Source of the DNA: a bacterium
Lineage (GTDB): Bacteria; Elusimicrobiota; Elusimicrobia; UBA1565; UBA9628
DNA: 53,312 nt
Direction: 5' to 3'
Assembly (NCBI GenBank): GCA_021806745.1
Contig: JAJZQS010000001.1
Span: 1 to 53,312, forward strand
The notes under the pieces are model-generated. The model did not search any database. It had not been told where the DNA came from and saw nothing but the letters and a program-made list of their open reading frames with translations. The position numbers and the translations under genes are program-made. Below, piece by piece: positions 45,340 through 53,312 of the stretch (positions are counted from its first letter, which is position 1; each line of letters starts with the position of its first letter).

Positions 45340-47357
45340 ATCCGGCGCAAGGCCTCCAGGATCGCCTGCGAGTGCACGGCGACCGCGCGGTTGCGCGCGC
45401 CGTCGTAGGCGTAGCGCCCGGCCAGAGACGGGATGTTGCCGTCGAAAATCAACCCGACGCACTCGCCGCGCTCGTCGACGACCGGCGAGCCGGAGTTGCC
45501 GCCGATGATGTCGTTGGTGGTGACGAAATTCAGCCGCGCGGACAAGTCCAGCCGCTCGCGCGCGTCCTTCACGCGCGGCGCCAAGTCGAAGGGAGGCTTT
45601 TCGCCGTGGCCCAGCGCCCGGTCGAATAGGCCGTGGAAGGTGGTGAACGGCGCCACGCGCGTGGTACCCGACTCGTAGCCGGCGACGCGGCCGTAGGACA
45701 GGCGCAGCGTGAAGGTCGCGTCCGGATAGATGGATTTCCCGTAGACGAAAAAGCGGGCCTTGGCGATCTTGGCTCCCTCGGCGGTCAAAACGCTTTCGAT
45801 TTCGTCTTCGTACCATCGCCGCTGGGCGCGGTAGACCGCATCCAGGCGCCTCTGCCAGACGATCAGCGCGTCCTTGGACGCGGCGACGGCCGCGGCGCCG
45901 CCATCCAGCAGACGGCGGCGCTCTTCCGGGTCGAGAAGTCCCGTACCCGCGATGAGTTCGCGCGCGACCGCCTCGGGCGTGCGCGCGCCCAGCGCCGCGC
46001 GCACGAACGCGTCGCGGGGGCCGAGAGTCTGGCGCGCGTCTTCCAGCGAACGAGCCAGCAAAAACTCCTCCAGGTCCGGGTACATCGGCGCCGGCGACAA
46101 CAGACGAAAGCGCAGCGACTCCAGGTTCGAGTCGCGATACTCCTCCCAGCGCGTCTCGTTGGGCTTGGGGACTTCGGCGGCCCAGCGCACGATGTGGGCG
46201 GCCAGGCCCGCGGCCTTGCAGGCGTCCCAACGCCGATAGGCCAACTCCAGGCGCCGCGATGCCGCCTTCTTCTGCGCCGCGGCGATCCTCGTCCAGGCGC
46301 CCTTCGCCGCCCGGACCTCGGCGCGGCGCGAGCTCGCCGCCGCCCGGCGCAGGGCGGCCTGCGCCGCGCGCTTGGCCTCCATCAGCGCCGGGTCGCGCAG
46401 GCCCTCGAGTTCGCCGGTCACGGCCTTGATCGCGTTCTCGACGCCGAAGATCCTGTCCTTGACGCGCCGCGCCTGCTCCGGACCGCGGGCCGCGTAGTCG
46501 AGGCAGTCGCGGCGCCGCTTGGCCGCGACCTCCAGGTAGAGCGGCAAGCCCAAGTCCCGCTCGTACTCGAGCTGGGCCGCCGTCATCAACCGGTCGGTGC
46601 GTCCGGGATGGCCGGTCACGAAGGTCGCCTCGCCCTCGCGCGCGCCCTCGCGCGACCAGCGCAGATGGTGCTTCGCGCTCAGAGGGCGCGCGCCGTCGTA
46701 GACGCGAAAGAACGCGAAGTCCAGCGCGTAGCGCGGGTAGGTGAAATTGTCGAAATCGCCGCCGTAGAAGGCGGCCTGGAGCTCAGGCGCCATGACCAGG
46801 CGCACGTCCGTGTATTTCCGATAGCGATACAGCCAATATTCCCCGCCCTGGTAGAGCTCGACGACATCGCAGCGCAACGCCGTTCTCTCGTTTTCGGCTT
46901 TCGTGATGCGGGCGATCTCGGCCTTGCGCCGCGTCTGGCGCGCCAGGTCCGTGCCCCGCGCGCCTTCGGCCGCGCGCACGCGCGCGGTGACTTCCTCGTA
47001 GGATTCGAGCACGTTGATCTCGAGATCCGGGCAGGCGATCTCCTCGGCCTCGGTGCGCGCGAAAAACCCGTTCTTGACGAAATCGCGCTCCGGCGTGGAC
47101 ATCTTCTGCAGTTGCCCCAGCGCGACATGGTGATTGGTCAAAACCAGGCCGCGGGCCGACACGAACGATCCCGAGCCGCCGTCGTTGAAGCGCGTCGAGG
47201 CTTTCTGCAGCAGCTCCACCCAATCCGGCGTGGGGCGAAAGCCGAACTCGCGCTCGAGCATGGCTCGGGGAAGGTTGTCGAGCGTCCACATCCCCTCGTC
47301 GGGCTGAAGCGGCGCGGCGGCGGGGCGGACGGCGGAACGCGGCGTTCGGGCGGGCAT
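45297..47357 (-). CDS. S46-family dipeptidyl-peptidase (DPP7/DPP11-like serine peptidase)
   Basis: DEGMWTLDNLP, GGSGSFVS..GLVLTNHHV, GGNSGSPVVDERGECVGLIFDGN. The start is chosen at the ATG at 47357, which is preceded by GGAGGA. Confidence 0.88.
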   Translation of the reverse strand: MPARTPRSAVRPAAAPLQPDEGMWTLDNLPRAMLEREFGFRPTPDWVELLQKASTRFNDGGSGSFVSARGLVLTNHHVALGQLQKMSTPERDFVKNGFFARTEAEEIACPDLEINVLESYEEVTARVRAAEGARGTDLARQTRRKAEIARITKAENERTALRCDVVELYQGGEYWLYRYRKYTDVRLVMAPELQAAFYGGDFDNFTYPRYALDFAFFRVYDGARPLSAKHHLRWSREGAREGEATFVTGHPGRTDRLMTAAQLEYERDLGLPLYLEVAAKRRRDCLDYAARGPEQARRVKDRIFGVENAIKAVTGELEGLRDPALMEAKRAAQAALRRAAASSRRAEVRAAKGAWTRIAAAQKKAASRRLELAYRRWDACKAAGLAAHIVRWAAEVPKPNETRWEEYRDSNLESLRFRLLSPAPMYPDLEEFLLARSLEDARQTLGPRDAFVRAALGARTPEAVARELIAGTGLLDPEERRRLLDGGAAAVAASKDALIVWQRRLDAVYRAQRRWYEDEIESVLTAEGAKIAKARFFVYGKSIYPDATFTLRLSYGRVAGYESGTTRVAPFTTFHGLFDRALGHGEKPPFDLAPRVKDARERLDLSARLNFVTTNDIIGGNSGSPVVDERGECVGLIFDGNIPSLAGRYAYDGARNRAVAVHSQAILEALRRIYGMEALAAELSGA

Positions 47358-47429
47358 GGGTCCTCCGTGGGGGCCCATTCTACAACATCGTCCCCGGCGG
47401 CCCCGGCGGCTCGTTCGCTATACTGGGGC

Positions 47430-47876
47430 GTGACCCAGCGCCTCGGCGTGCTCGCCTACGCGGTCTTGCTCGGCTGGGCGCTGCGCCTGTCCCTGATCGC
47501 GATGTCGGCGGCGATCGTCGGAGGATTTCCGGACGCGCTGCTCGCGCACCCGTGGCTTGATTTCGCGCTGAAGGCTCCGTTCGTGGCGCTGATCGAGGCC
47601 GCCAGCCACGCGCTCATCGGCTTCGCCTATTGGTCGGGCACCGACGACCGCGTGCCCTCGGCCTTCGCCTGGTCGCTGGCCGCCGCGGCCGCGCTGGGCG
47701 CGACCGTCTGGCCCGTCCCGCCGCCGAGCCTGCCGCTGCTGCTGTCGCTGACCGCCTGCGCGCGGCTCTTCGGCCTGGCGCTGGGGCCCTGGCTTGGCGC
47801 GCGCACCGAACACGACCCGCGCGCGGTCGAAATCCGGCGCATCCTGTTCCTCGCCTACCCGTTTCGCCTGCGCTGA
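47430..47876 (+). CDS. Small polytopic membrane protein, unknown function
   Basis: It has four hydrophobic segments. The GTG is preceded by TATACT (47419-47424) with a 5-nt spacer. The upstream 599 codons of the listed ORF are antisense to the S46 gene. Confidence 0.5.
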   Translation: MTQRLGVLAYAVLLGWALRLSLIAMSAAIVGGFPDALLAHPWLDFALKAPFVALIEAASHALIGFAYWSGTDDRVPSAFAWSLAAAAALGATVWPVPPPSLPLLLSLTACARLFGLALGPWLGARTEHDPRAVEIRRILFLAYPFRLR

Positions 47877-47882
47877 CGCAAG

Positions 47883-48728
47883 CTACTGCCAGACGTCGGA
47901 GATCGGGGCGGCGGAGTCGTCGTTTTGTCCGAGCGTGCCCAGGCCGAACTGGTTTTCGATCGTGCGCAGGACGCTGTAGTGCGTGTAGGCGGCGCTCGAG
48001 GTCGCGCCGGGCGCCACCGACGCGCCGTAGAGCACCGTGTAGACCTGATTGCCCTCGGAGTGGTCGTCCTCGTCGAAGGTCAGGATCAGCAGCGTGTCCT
48101 TGGAGAACGCCGGCGCGCTCAGCAGCGGGCCGAAATACGACGAAAACCAGTTCGCCGCGTAGGACACGCTCGTATCGTGGCCGTCGTTGTTGAGGTCGGG
48201 AATGAACAGAGAGAAGTCCGGCAGGTTTCCGCTCTGCAGGTCCGAGGCGAAATTCGAGTCGTCGACGACATTGGCGCAGCGCGTCGGATCGGACTGGACG
48301 TCCTTCATGCTCAGGAACGGCACATGCTTGCGCGCGTAGGTGCCGGACTGCGCGCCCAGGTAGCAGTTGCCCGGATAAGCCTGCGCGTAGACTCGCCAGG
48401 TCTTGCCGTGCTGCTCGAGCAAGTCGCCCAGGTGCGGCACGTCCAAGGTGACCGGCCGGTCCGAGCTCACGCCCGAGCGGCTGCCCGCGATCAGCGCGAC
48501 ATAGTTGGGCTGGGAGGGATGGCCGACCGCGTGGTAGTTGGTCAGCAGCGCGCCGCTCTGGGCGAACTGGGAGAGGACCTGTTGGGCCATCGCCTCATCG
48601 TAGGAGGAGTTCTCGAAGATCATCAGCACGACCTTCTTGAAGGCGGGCGCGGCCGCGCGCGCGGGGACGGCGGCGCACAACGCGGCGACGGAAGACAACA
48701 GCAACGCGGTCTTGGGGGAGGGGCGCAT
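47883..48728 (-). CDS. Secreted phosphoesterase-family protein (AcpA / non-haemolytic phospholipase C type)
   Basis: Signal peptide. VVLMIFENSSYD, HPSQPNY, DLNNDGHD, LLILTFDEDD. Confidence 0.8.
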   Translation of the reverse strand: MRPSPKTALLLSSVAALCAAVPARAAAPAFKKVVLMIFENSSYDEAMAQQVLSQFAQSGALLTNYHAVGHPSQPNYVALIAGSRSGVSSDRPVTLDVPHLGDLLEQHGKTWRVYAQAYPGNCYLGAQSGTYARKHVPFLSMKDVQSDPTRCANVVDDSNFASDLQSGNLPDFSLFIPDLNNDGHDTSVSYAANWFSSYFGPLLSAPAFSKDTLLILTFDEDDHSEGNQVYTVLYGASVAPGATSSAAYTHYSVLRTIENQFGLGTLGQNDDSAAPISDVWQ

Positions 48729-48802
48729 AGACCCGTATTGTTCGCCATTGGGCCCAGGTTTTGTCAGGGGCGATGGGCCCGGAGTGAAATGGGTCTAAAG
48801 AC

Positions 48803-49645
48803 CTATTTCGTCTCGGTCAGGAACTTCCGCAAGATCGCGTTCACGCGTTCCGGGGCGTCCTCCTGCGGCGCATGACCGCAGCGTTCCAGGCACACGAAAC
48901 GCGCGTCGGGCAGGTCGCGCGCCAGCCGCGCGGCGCCCGCGGGCCCCACCATCTGGTCGGATTCGCCGACGAGCACGAGAGCGGGAACTCGCATCCGCGG
49001 GTAGCGCGCGATGCGCTCGCGGAAGTCGGGAGGGATCGCGCGGCGGATGAACTCCGCCACCGCGCGCCGTCCGGCGGCGGTCTTGAGCGGCTCGCCGTAC
49101 TCGGCGATCATCTCCTCGGTGACCTTGCTCTGGTCGACGAAGGTGGTCTTGGCGATCCAGCGCAGGGTCGCCTCTCCCATCATCGCCTCGAGCGCGCGTC
49201 CGACCACCGGCCAGCCCAGCGGCCACAGCGCGCGCGGGCGGTTTTCCGGGTAGGCGGGCGCTCCGAAAAGGGCCATGCGCTCCACGCGCTCCGGGGTGTC
49301 CTGCGCCGCCCACAGCGCGACGACGCCGCCCATCGAGTTTCCCGCCATCGCCGCGCGGGAGACCCCGAGTTCGTCCATCAGCGCGATGAGCCACGCGTGC
49401 AGGCCCGAAATCGAGTAGTCGAAATCCCAGGGCTTGTCCGAGCGCCCGAAGCCCGGGAAATCCGGCGCGATCACGGTGAAGTCCCGCGCGAACTCGGGGA
49501 TGGCGAAGCGCCACGAGTACGACGACGCGCCCAGCCCGTGCAACAGCAGCAGCGGCGGGCCCGCGCCGGCCGTCAGCACGCGCGCGCGCACTCCGGCCGC
49601 GGTCACCTCGCGCGCCTCGATGGGCGGCGCGATCCAATCTCTCAT
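48803..49645 (-). CDS. Alpha/beta-fold hydrolase
   Basis: LLLLHGLGASSYSW, GNSMGG, and His in CGHAPQ. Confidence 0.85.
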   Translation of the reverse strand: MRDWIAPPIEAREVTAAGVRARVLTAGAGPPLLLLHGLGASSYSWRFAIPEFARDFTVIAPDFPGFGRSDKPWDFDYSISGLHAWLIALMDELGVSRAAMAGNSMGGVVALWAAQDTPERVERMALFGAPAYPENRPRALWPLGWPVVGRALEAMMGEATLRWIAKTTFVDQSKVTEEMIAEYGEPLKTAAGRRAVAEFIRRAIPPDFRERIARYPRMRVPALVLVGESDQMVGPAGAARLARDLPDARFVCLERCGHAPQEDAPERVNAILRKFLTETK

Positions 49646-49776
49646 GCCGAAAGCATAGCGCCGTCGCCGTCGCGCGCGCCAGCGCCGAACGAACCGTCGC
49701 GCGCGGCCGATGGTCCCACGACGGACGGGGTCGCCCGGCCCTCGCCAGACGGCGCGGACCGGCTACGCTATCGAGG

Positions 49777-50967
49777 ATGAGGCGCCTCGGGCTCTTCCTC
49801 GTTTTTTTGGCGGCCGCGCGCGTACGCGCGCAGCCCATCGAGGTCGTGCCCGTTCTCCCGCCGTCGATCGAGCTTCCGGCCGCCGCGGCGGCCGCGCCGA
49901 TAAGCCCCATGGCCGCCTCCGCCCTCGCGCCGCCCGCCGCGCTCTCGCCCGATGCCGTCGCGCCGGCCCTTCCCGCCGCCCCGGCCGCGGCGGCTGCGGC
50001 GGCATCTCCTTCGCGGCTGCGCTCCATCGCTCAGCGTCTCTTCACCCGCACCCCGCCCCCGCGCCCCGAGCCGCCGGGCGAGGCGGCCGTGCGCCGCAAT
50101 CTGGAACGCGGGCTGGCCGAGGTCTCCGCGACCTTCGACGGCGGCCGCGCGCAAGAAGGCCTGGACCTCGCCGACGCCTACTTCACCGGCCCGCGCGCCG
50201 CGGCGTGGTTCGCGCAGAATCCGCGCCACGCCGAGCCCCGCGCCCGGGCGCTGGAGCGGTTGCGCCGCGCGGAACTGTCGATGATGGCCGACTACCGCTC
50301 GGCGCTGGAGCGCTCGCGCCTGCCGCGATTGCAAGCCGAGGCCCGCGCGGCCGCCGAGTCCGGCGCGGCTCTCGGCGGCGCCTGGCGCGAGACCGAACTT
50401 CAATGCCCGGGCTCCGGCCACTGCGCGGTACGCGCGCTCTTCAACGCGCTCCGCGCGGGCACGCTCGCTCGTCCGCGCGGGAGCGCCGAGGACTTCATCG
50501 CCGCCGCGCGCCGCCTTCTCGACCGCCCCGCGGACCCGCGCGCGGCCGCGGCGCTGGCGCCGCTGGGCCTGACGCCGCCGCGCCTCTCGGTCGATGACGG
50601 GCTAGACCCCGCGGCGCTCTCGCGCCTGGCCGCAAGCCTGGGGCTGAAGGTCGAATCAAGCCCCGCTCCGCGCGGCGACGCCGGCTGGAGCGCGCTGTTC
50701 ATGCCCGGCCGCGAGAACCTCTTGTCGATGCGGCTGTTCCACCCCGCCCACCCGCTGAGCCCGGCCGAGCGCCGCGCCTACGGCCGCGACTACCGCCTCC
50801 TCCACCACGAGACCTACCTGCTCGGCGCCTTCGACAGCCGCCTCGCCGGTCGGCGGCTGTATCTGGTGCAAGACTCCGGCTCCGGCGCCACGCTGATGGC
50901 CACGGCCGAAGAACTCTCCGCGCTTACGCGCGAGGTGGACGCGCTGTCTTCCGCGAAGCCGCGCTAG
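49777..50967 (+). CDS. Secreted hypothetical protein; the C-terminal ~190 aa carry a papain-fold-like Gln/Cys...His...Asp pattern
   Basis: Signal peptide MRRLGLFLVFLAAARVRAQP, then an Ala/Pro linker. ELQCPGSGHCAVRALFNAL (Q209, C216 at 50422-50424), LLHHETYLLGAFD (H343/344), LVQDSGSG (D366). Confidence 0.55.
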   Translation: MRRLGLFLVFLAAARVRAQPIEVVPVLPPSIELPAAAAAAPISPMAASALAPPAALSPDAVAPALPAAPAAAAAAASPSRLRSIAQRLFTRTPPPRPEPPGEAAVRRNLERGLAEVSATFDGGRAQEGLDLADAYFTGPRAAAWFAQNPRHAEPRARALERLRRAELSMMADYRSALERSRLPRLQAEARAAAESGAALGGAWRETELQCPGSGHCAVRALFNALRAGTLARPRGSAEDFIAAARRLLDRPADPRAAAALAPLGLTPPRLSVDDGLDPAALSRLAASLGLKVESSPAPRGDAGWSALFMPGRENLLSMRLFHPAHPLSPAERRAYGRDYRLLHHETYLLGAFDSRLAGRRLYLVQDSGSGATLMATAEELSALTREVDALSSAKPR

Positions 50968-51692
50968 CGCGCCGGGCCGGGCTCGACGGGAAGGCCCGCG
51001 GCCTTCCACTGGTCCGTGTTCTTGAAAAAAGCCGTCGAGTAGCCCTGCGCGGCCAGCCGCTCTGAGGCGGCTTTCGCGCGCACGCCGGAGGCACAGTAGA
51101 AGACGATCGTGTCGTTTTTGGGCAAGGCCGCGACGAACGCCGACCACGCCTTGGGATCCTCGGCGCGCGACATGGGCATCGAGCGCGCGCCGGGCACGGT
51201 CTCGAAGCGCTCCTCGCCTTCGCGCACATCGACGATCACGGCCCCGTGCTCGGCGACCAAGGCCGCCGCGGCTTTGGGCGCGATCTGCGCCGCGCGACCC
51301 GGCGCCGGCGCCAGAGGCCGCCCGGCCTTGCGCCAGCCGAAGATGCCGTCATACATCACCGACACATTCTTGTAGCCGGCGGCCAGCGCGCGGCGCGCGG
51401 CGTCGTGCGAGGCCGTGCACATGCGGTTGGCGCAGTAGAAGACCAGCGCCGAGGATTTGTCGGCGGGAAGCGTCTTGTCGGCGTCGTAGCGCGACGACGA
51501 GTCGAGCAGATGCGCGCCGGGAATCACGCCGACGTGCTCGCGCGTTTCCGGAGTGTTGGCGTCATAGACCTGGGGCGGGTTGGCCGAGGCGAGTTCGGCG
51601 GCGAGCTTGGCTTGGCCGATCATCTTGAAGCCGTCGTTGGTCTTGGCCCGGGCCGGGGCCGCCGCCAGCAGCGCCGCGATCAGAAGTTTCAT
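50964..51692 (-). CDS. Exported tandem rhodanese-domain sulfurtransferase
   Basis: Signal peptide MKLLIAALLAAAPARA. Two rhodanese modules have active-site loops FYCANRMCTAS and FYCASGVRAKAA. Confidence 0.8.
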   Translation of the reverse strand: MKLLIAALLAAAPARAKTNDGFKMIGQAKLAAELASANPPQVYDANTPETREHVGVIPGAHLLDSSSRYDADKTLPADKSSALVFYCANRMCTASHDAARRALAAGYKNVSVMYDGIFGWRKAGRPLAPAPGRAAQIAPKAAAALVAEHGAVIVDVREGEERFETVPGARSMPMSRAEDPKAWSAFVAALPKNDTIVFYCASGVRAKAASERLAAQGYSTAFFKNTDQWKAAGLPVEPGPAR

Positions 51693-51708
51693 CCGATGAT
51701 CTCCTTGG

Positions 51709-52803
51709 CTAGTCCAGCCAATCCTTTTCCTTAAGCTTCTTGGGCAGGTAGTGCTTGGTCAGGTACTGGAAATCCTTGTTGGCCAAGGCGTCGAGCTCAT
51801 ACTTGAGCCCCGAGGCGAGCATGCGCTTGATCTCGCCCTGCCACTCCTTCTTCTGGAACCACGGGTAGTTCATCAGCTCCTTGGCGCGCGAGATGTCCTT
51901 GTCGTTGAGCTTGATGCCGACGTTGCGCGGCAAATCGTACCGGTCGGGGTCGGCCGACGACAGGCCCACGAACTTGGCATGAGGGATGGCCATGCGCTGG
52001 CTCTCGAAGGCCAGGTTGATGGAGCCCTGCTTGACCACCGAGTAGATGTAGTAGCCCCACGGATCGTTGTCGACGAGAACATAGACCGGGAGCTTCTTTT
52101 CCTCGTGCAGGCGGCGCGCCAGGCGGCGCACGCCGCGCGGGGGCTGGCCGTTGCCGGTGAGCAGGATGCAGTTGTACTTCTTCCAGAACTTGTCCTCGGC
52201 CAGGCGGTTCCACTGCGTGCCCTTCTCGATGAGCAAAATGAAGTCCGCCGTGCACTTCTTGATCGACAGATACTGGTCTTCCACGATCGAGGGCACCGAG
52301 TAGCCGCCCTTGCCGAGCTTGGCGCAATCGACGCGGTCGCCGTCGTCTTCGAAAATCACGGGCCCGATGATGGTTCCGGCGTTCTCGGCGCGCACGTGGA
52401 GCTCCTCGCGCAGGGCGGCGAGGCTCACCTCCAGGTCCTCGATGACCGGGTCGGACTCGGCCTGGTCGTCGAAGGTGTTCTCGTGGCTGTCGCCCATCGT
52501 GTGCTTGGTGCGGTAGTAGATCTCGCGCAGGCTCGTGGTCAGGTCGGCCTTCTGCAGTTCGTTGAGCGCGTCGGCCACCAGCATGGTCTGCATGAACTTC
52601 TTGGCCATCGCCAGGTTGAAGAAGGTCCGCTGCTGCTTGGACGAGCCCATCTCGATGATGCCGCGCTTCTCGTTGAACTTCACGTTGGAGAGCGCGCGCA
52701 CCGGAATCGGGATCGACGGGTCGCGCTTGCGCTGCGCGGAGTCGATGACGAGATCGGCCAGGCCGACGAGCTTCCTCTCGACGGCGGCGTTGGTCTTGGG
52801 CAT
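51709..52803 (-). CDS. top6A: DNA topoisomerase VI subunit A / Spo11-family protein
   Basis: The motifs appear in canonical order: LREIYYRTKH (Tyr96/97, 52513-52518), Toprim Glu in FILLIEKGTQW, TGNGQPPRGVRRLARRL, VYVLVDNDPWGYYIYS (DxD), KYELDALA. At 364 aa it is the size of archaeal Top6A. Confidence 0.85.
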   Translation of the reverse strand: MPKTNAAVERKLVGLADLVIDSAQRKRDPSIPIPVRALSNVKFNEKRGIIEMGSSKQQRTFFNLAMAKKFMQTMLVADALNELQKADLTTSLREIYYRTKHTMGDSHENTFDDQAESDPVIEDLEVSLAALREELHVRAENAGTIIGPVIFEDDGDRVDCAKLGKGGYSVPSIVEDQYLSIKKCTADFILLIEKGTQWNRLAEDKFWKKYNCILLTGNGQPPRGVRRLARRLHEEKKLPVYVLVDNDPWGYYIYSVVKQGSINLAFESQRMAIPHAKFVGLSSADPDRYDLPRNVGIKLNDKDISRAKELMNYPWFQKKEWQGEIKRMLASGLKYELDALANKDFQYLTKHYLPKKLKEKDWLD

Positions 52804-52859
52804 GGCGCGGATTCTATCAAACGCCCGCGCGGCACGCCATGCTTCGCGCCGGGACCGCG

Positions 52860-53312
52860 CTAACGGCTCTTGGCCGCGCCCTGGCGCATGGCCACCGCCT
52901 GCACCGTCCAGGGCAGGCCCTGATGCAAGCCCTCTTCCATGCGCGCGCGGTAGTCGTCCTGGACTCCGGCGCCGATTGCGAAGAGGATCTCGGCGTCCAC
53001 ATAGCCCGCCAGCTTGGAGCGATAGATATAGAACGCGAAACCCATCGCCACGCCGCCCTCAGAGCGCACGGCAAACGAGCTCCACCCCTCGGTGCTCACC
53101 GTCCAGCCCTGCGCCGCGTAGCGCCGCGCCATCTCGCGCATGCCCTCAAAGACGAGCTCGGCGCTTCCGGGCACCGACTTGCAGGTCCCCTCGCCCCTAT
53201 GCGCCTTCAGGTAGTCCGAGATTCCCGATTTCGCGATCTCGGCCATCGCCTCGGCCTGCGGCTGGCGCGCGATCGACGGGTACTCCGCGGTCAGAGGCGA
53301 CGCCTCCGCCGC
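52860..53312 (-). CDS. Hypothetical protein, C-terminal 150 residues only (frame still open at the window edge)
   Basis: The reading frame stays GC3-rich upstream of the listed Met (53246) to nt 53312. It looks alpha/beta-type (WTVSTEGWSSFAVRSEGGVAMGFAFYIY). No motif recognised. Confidence 0.5.
   Translation of the reverse strand, partial: AAEASPLTAEYPSIARQPQAEAMAEIAKSGISDYLKAHRGEGTCKSVPGSAELVFEGMREMARRYAAQGWTVSTEGWSSFAVRSEGGVAMGFAFYIYRSKLAGYVDAEILFAIGAGVQDDYRARMEEGLHQGLPWTVQAVAMRQGAAKSR

Noticed and set aside
45633-47429. N-terminal 599 codons of the listed 747-aa plus-strand ORF
   Set aside because: It is antisense to the S46 peptidase gene. Only the last 148 codons, from GTG 47430 and preceded by TATACT, look like a real (membrane) protein.
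51709-52803. top6A as part of a recently acquired genomic island
   Set aside because: GC content (about 57-65% in sampled lines) is only slightly below the window average and similar to other conserved enzymes such as carB. Third codon positions remain GC-rich. No integrase, transposase, tRNA or direct repeats flank it within the window.
52860-53312. Upstream partial ORF as the C-terminus of Top6B
   Set aside because: The visible 150 residues show no transducer-domain long helix or GHKL motifs and look like a small alpha/beta domain. This cannot be excluded without the missing N-terminus, so the question stays open in the findings rather than being called.

Overview
This is a very GC-rich (by eye roughly two-thirds to 70% G+C), extremely gene-dense chromosomal segment. 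It comes from a diderm bacterium, judging by outer-membrane beta-barrels, lipoboxes and a PorV-like protein. I call about 52 protein-coding genes. I found no rRNA, tRNA, CRISPR array, transposase or integrase. All identifications come from reading motifs in the supplied translations and DNA; no database search was run.

The core (8.3-27.2 kb, + strand) is an unusually consolidated nucleotide-biosynthesis block:
- colD-like/gmd/purE/purK.
- Then acetyl-CoA hydrolase-GNAT/pyrB/pyrC/pyrD/pyrF/pyrE/purM/purN-purH fusion/carA/unknown ORF/carB.
- Most of these genes are chained by ATGA/GTGA start-stop overlaps; purD lies just upstream.

The flanks encode envelope and secreted functions:
- An Fn3/T9SS-tail cargo protein with a PorV-like barrel, and MarR-MFS.
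- Fur-PAP2, phospholipase D, and a NamZ/NagZ muropeptide cluster.
- Peptidases: a papain C1 peptidase, an S46 peptidase and an M42-like peptidase.
- An AcpA-like phosphoesterase.
- Several signal-peptide proteins of unknown function.

The most unusual items:
1. A full-length archaeal-type topoisomerase VI A / Spo11 homolog at the right edge, with no recognisable Top6B beside it.
2. An unknown membrane-anchored ORF translationally wedged between carA and carB.
3. A PurN-PurH fusion.
4. A DegT-family enzyme with the ColD-type Lys-to-His change, coupled to gmd and then to purE/purK.
5. A pervasive leaderless promoter architecture, with the -10 hexamer 5-9 nt from the start codon of most first cistrons.
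6. Secreted proteins with cryptic HExxH and papain-like Cys/His motifs.

The many long ORFs antisense to known genes are GC-composition artefacts.
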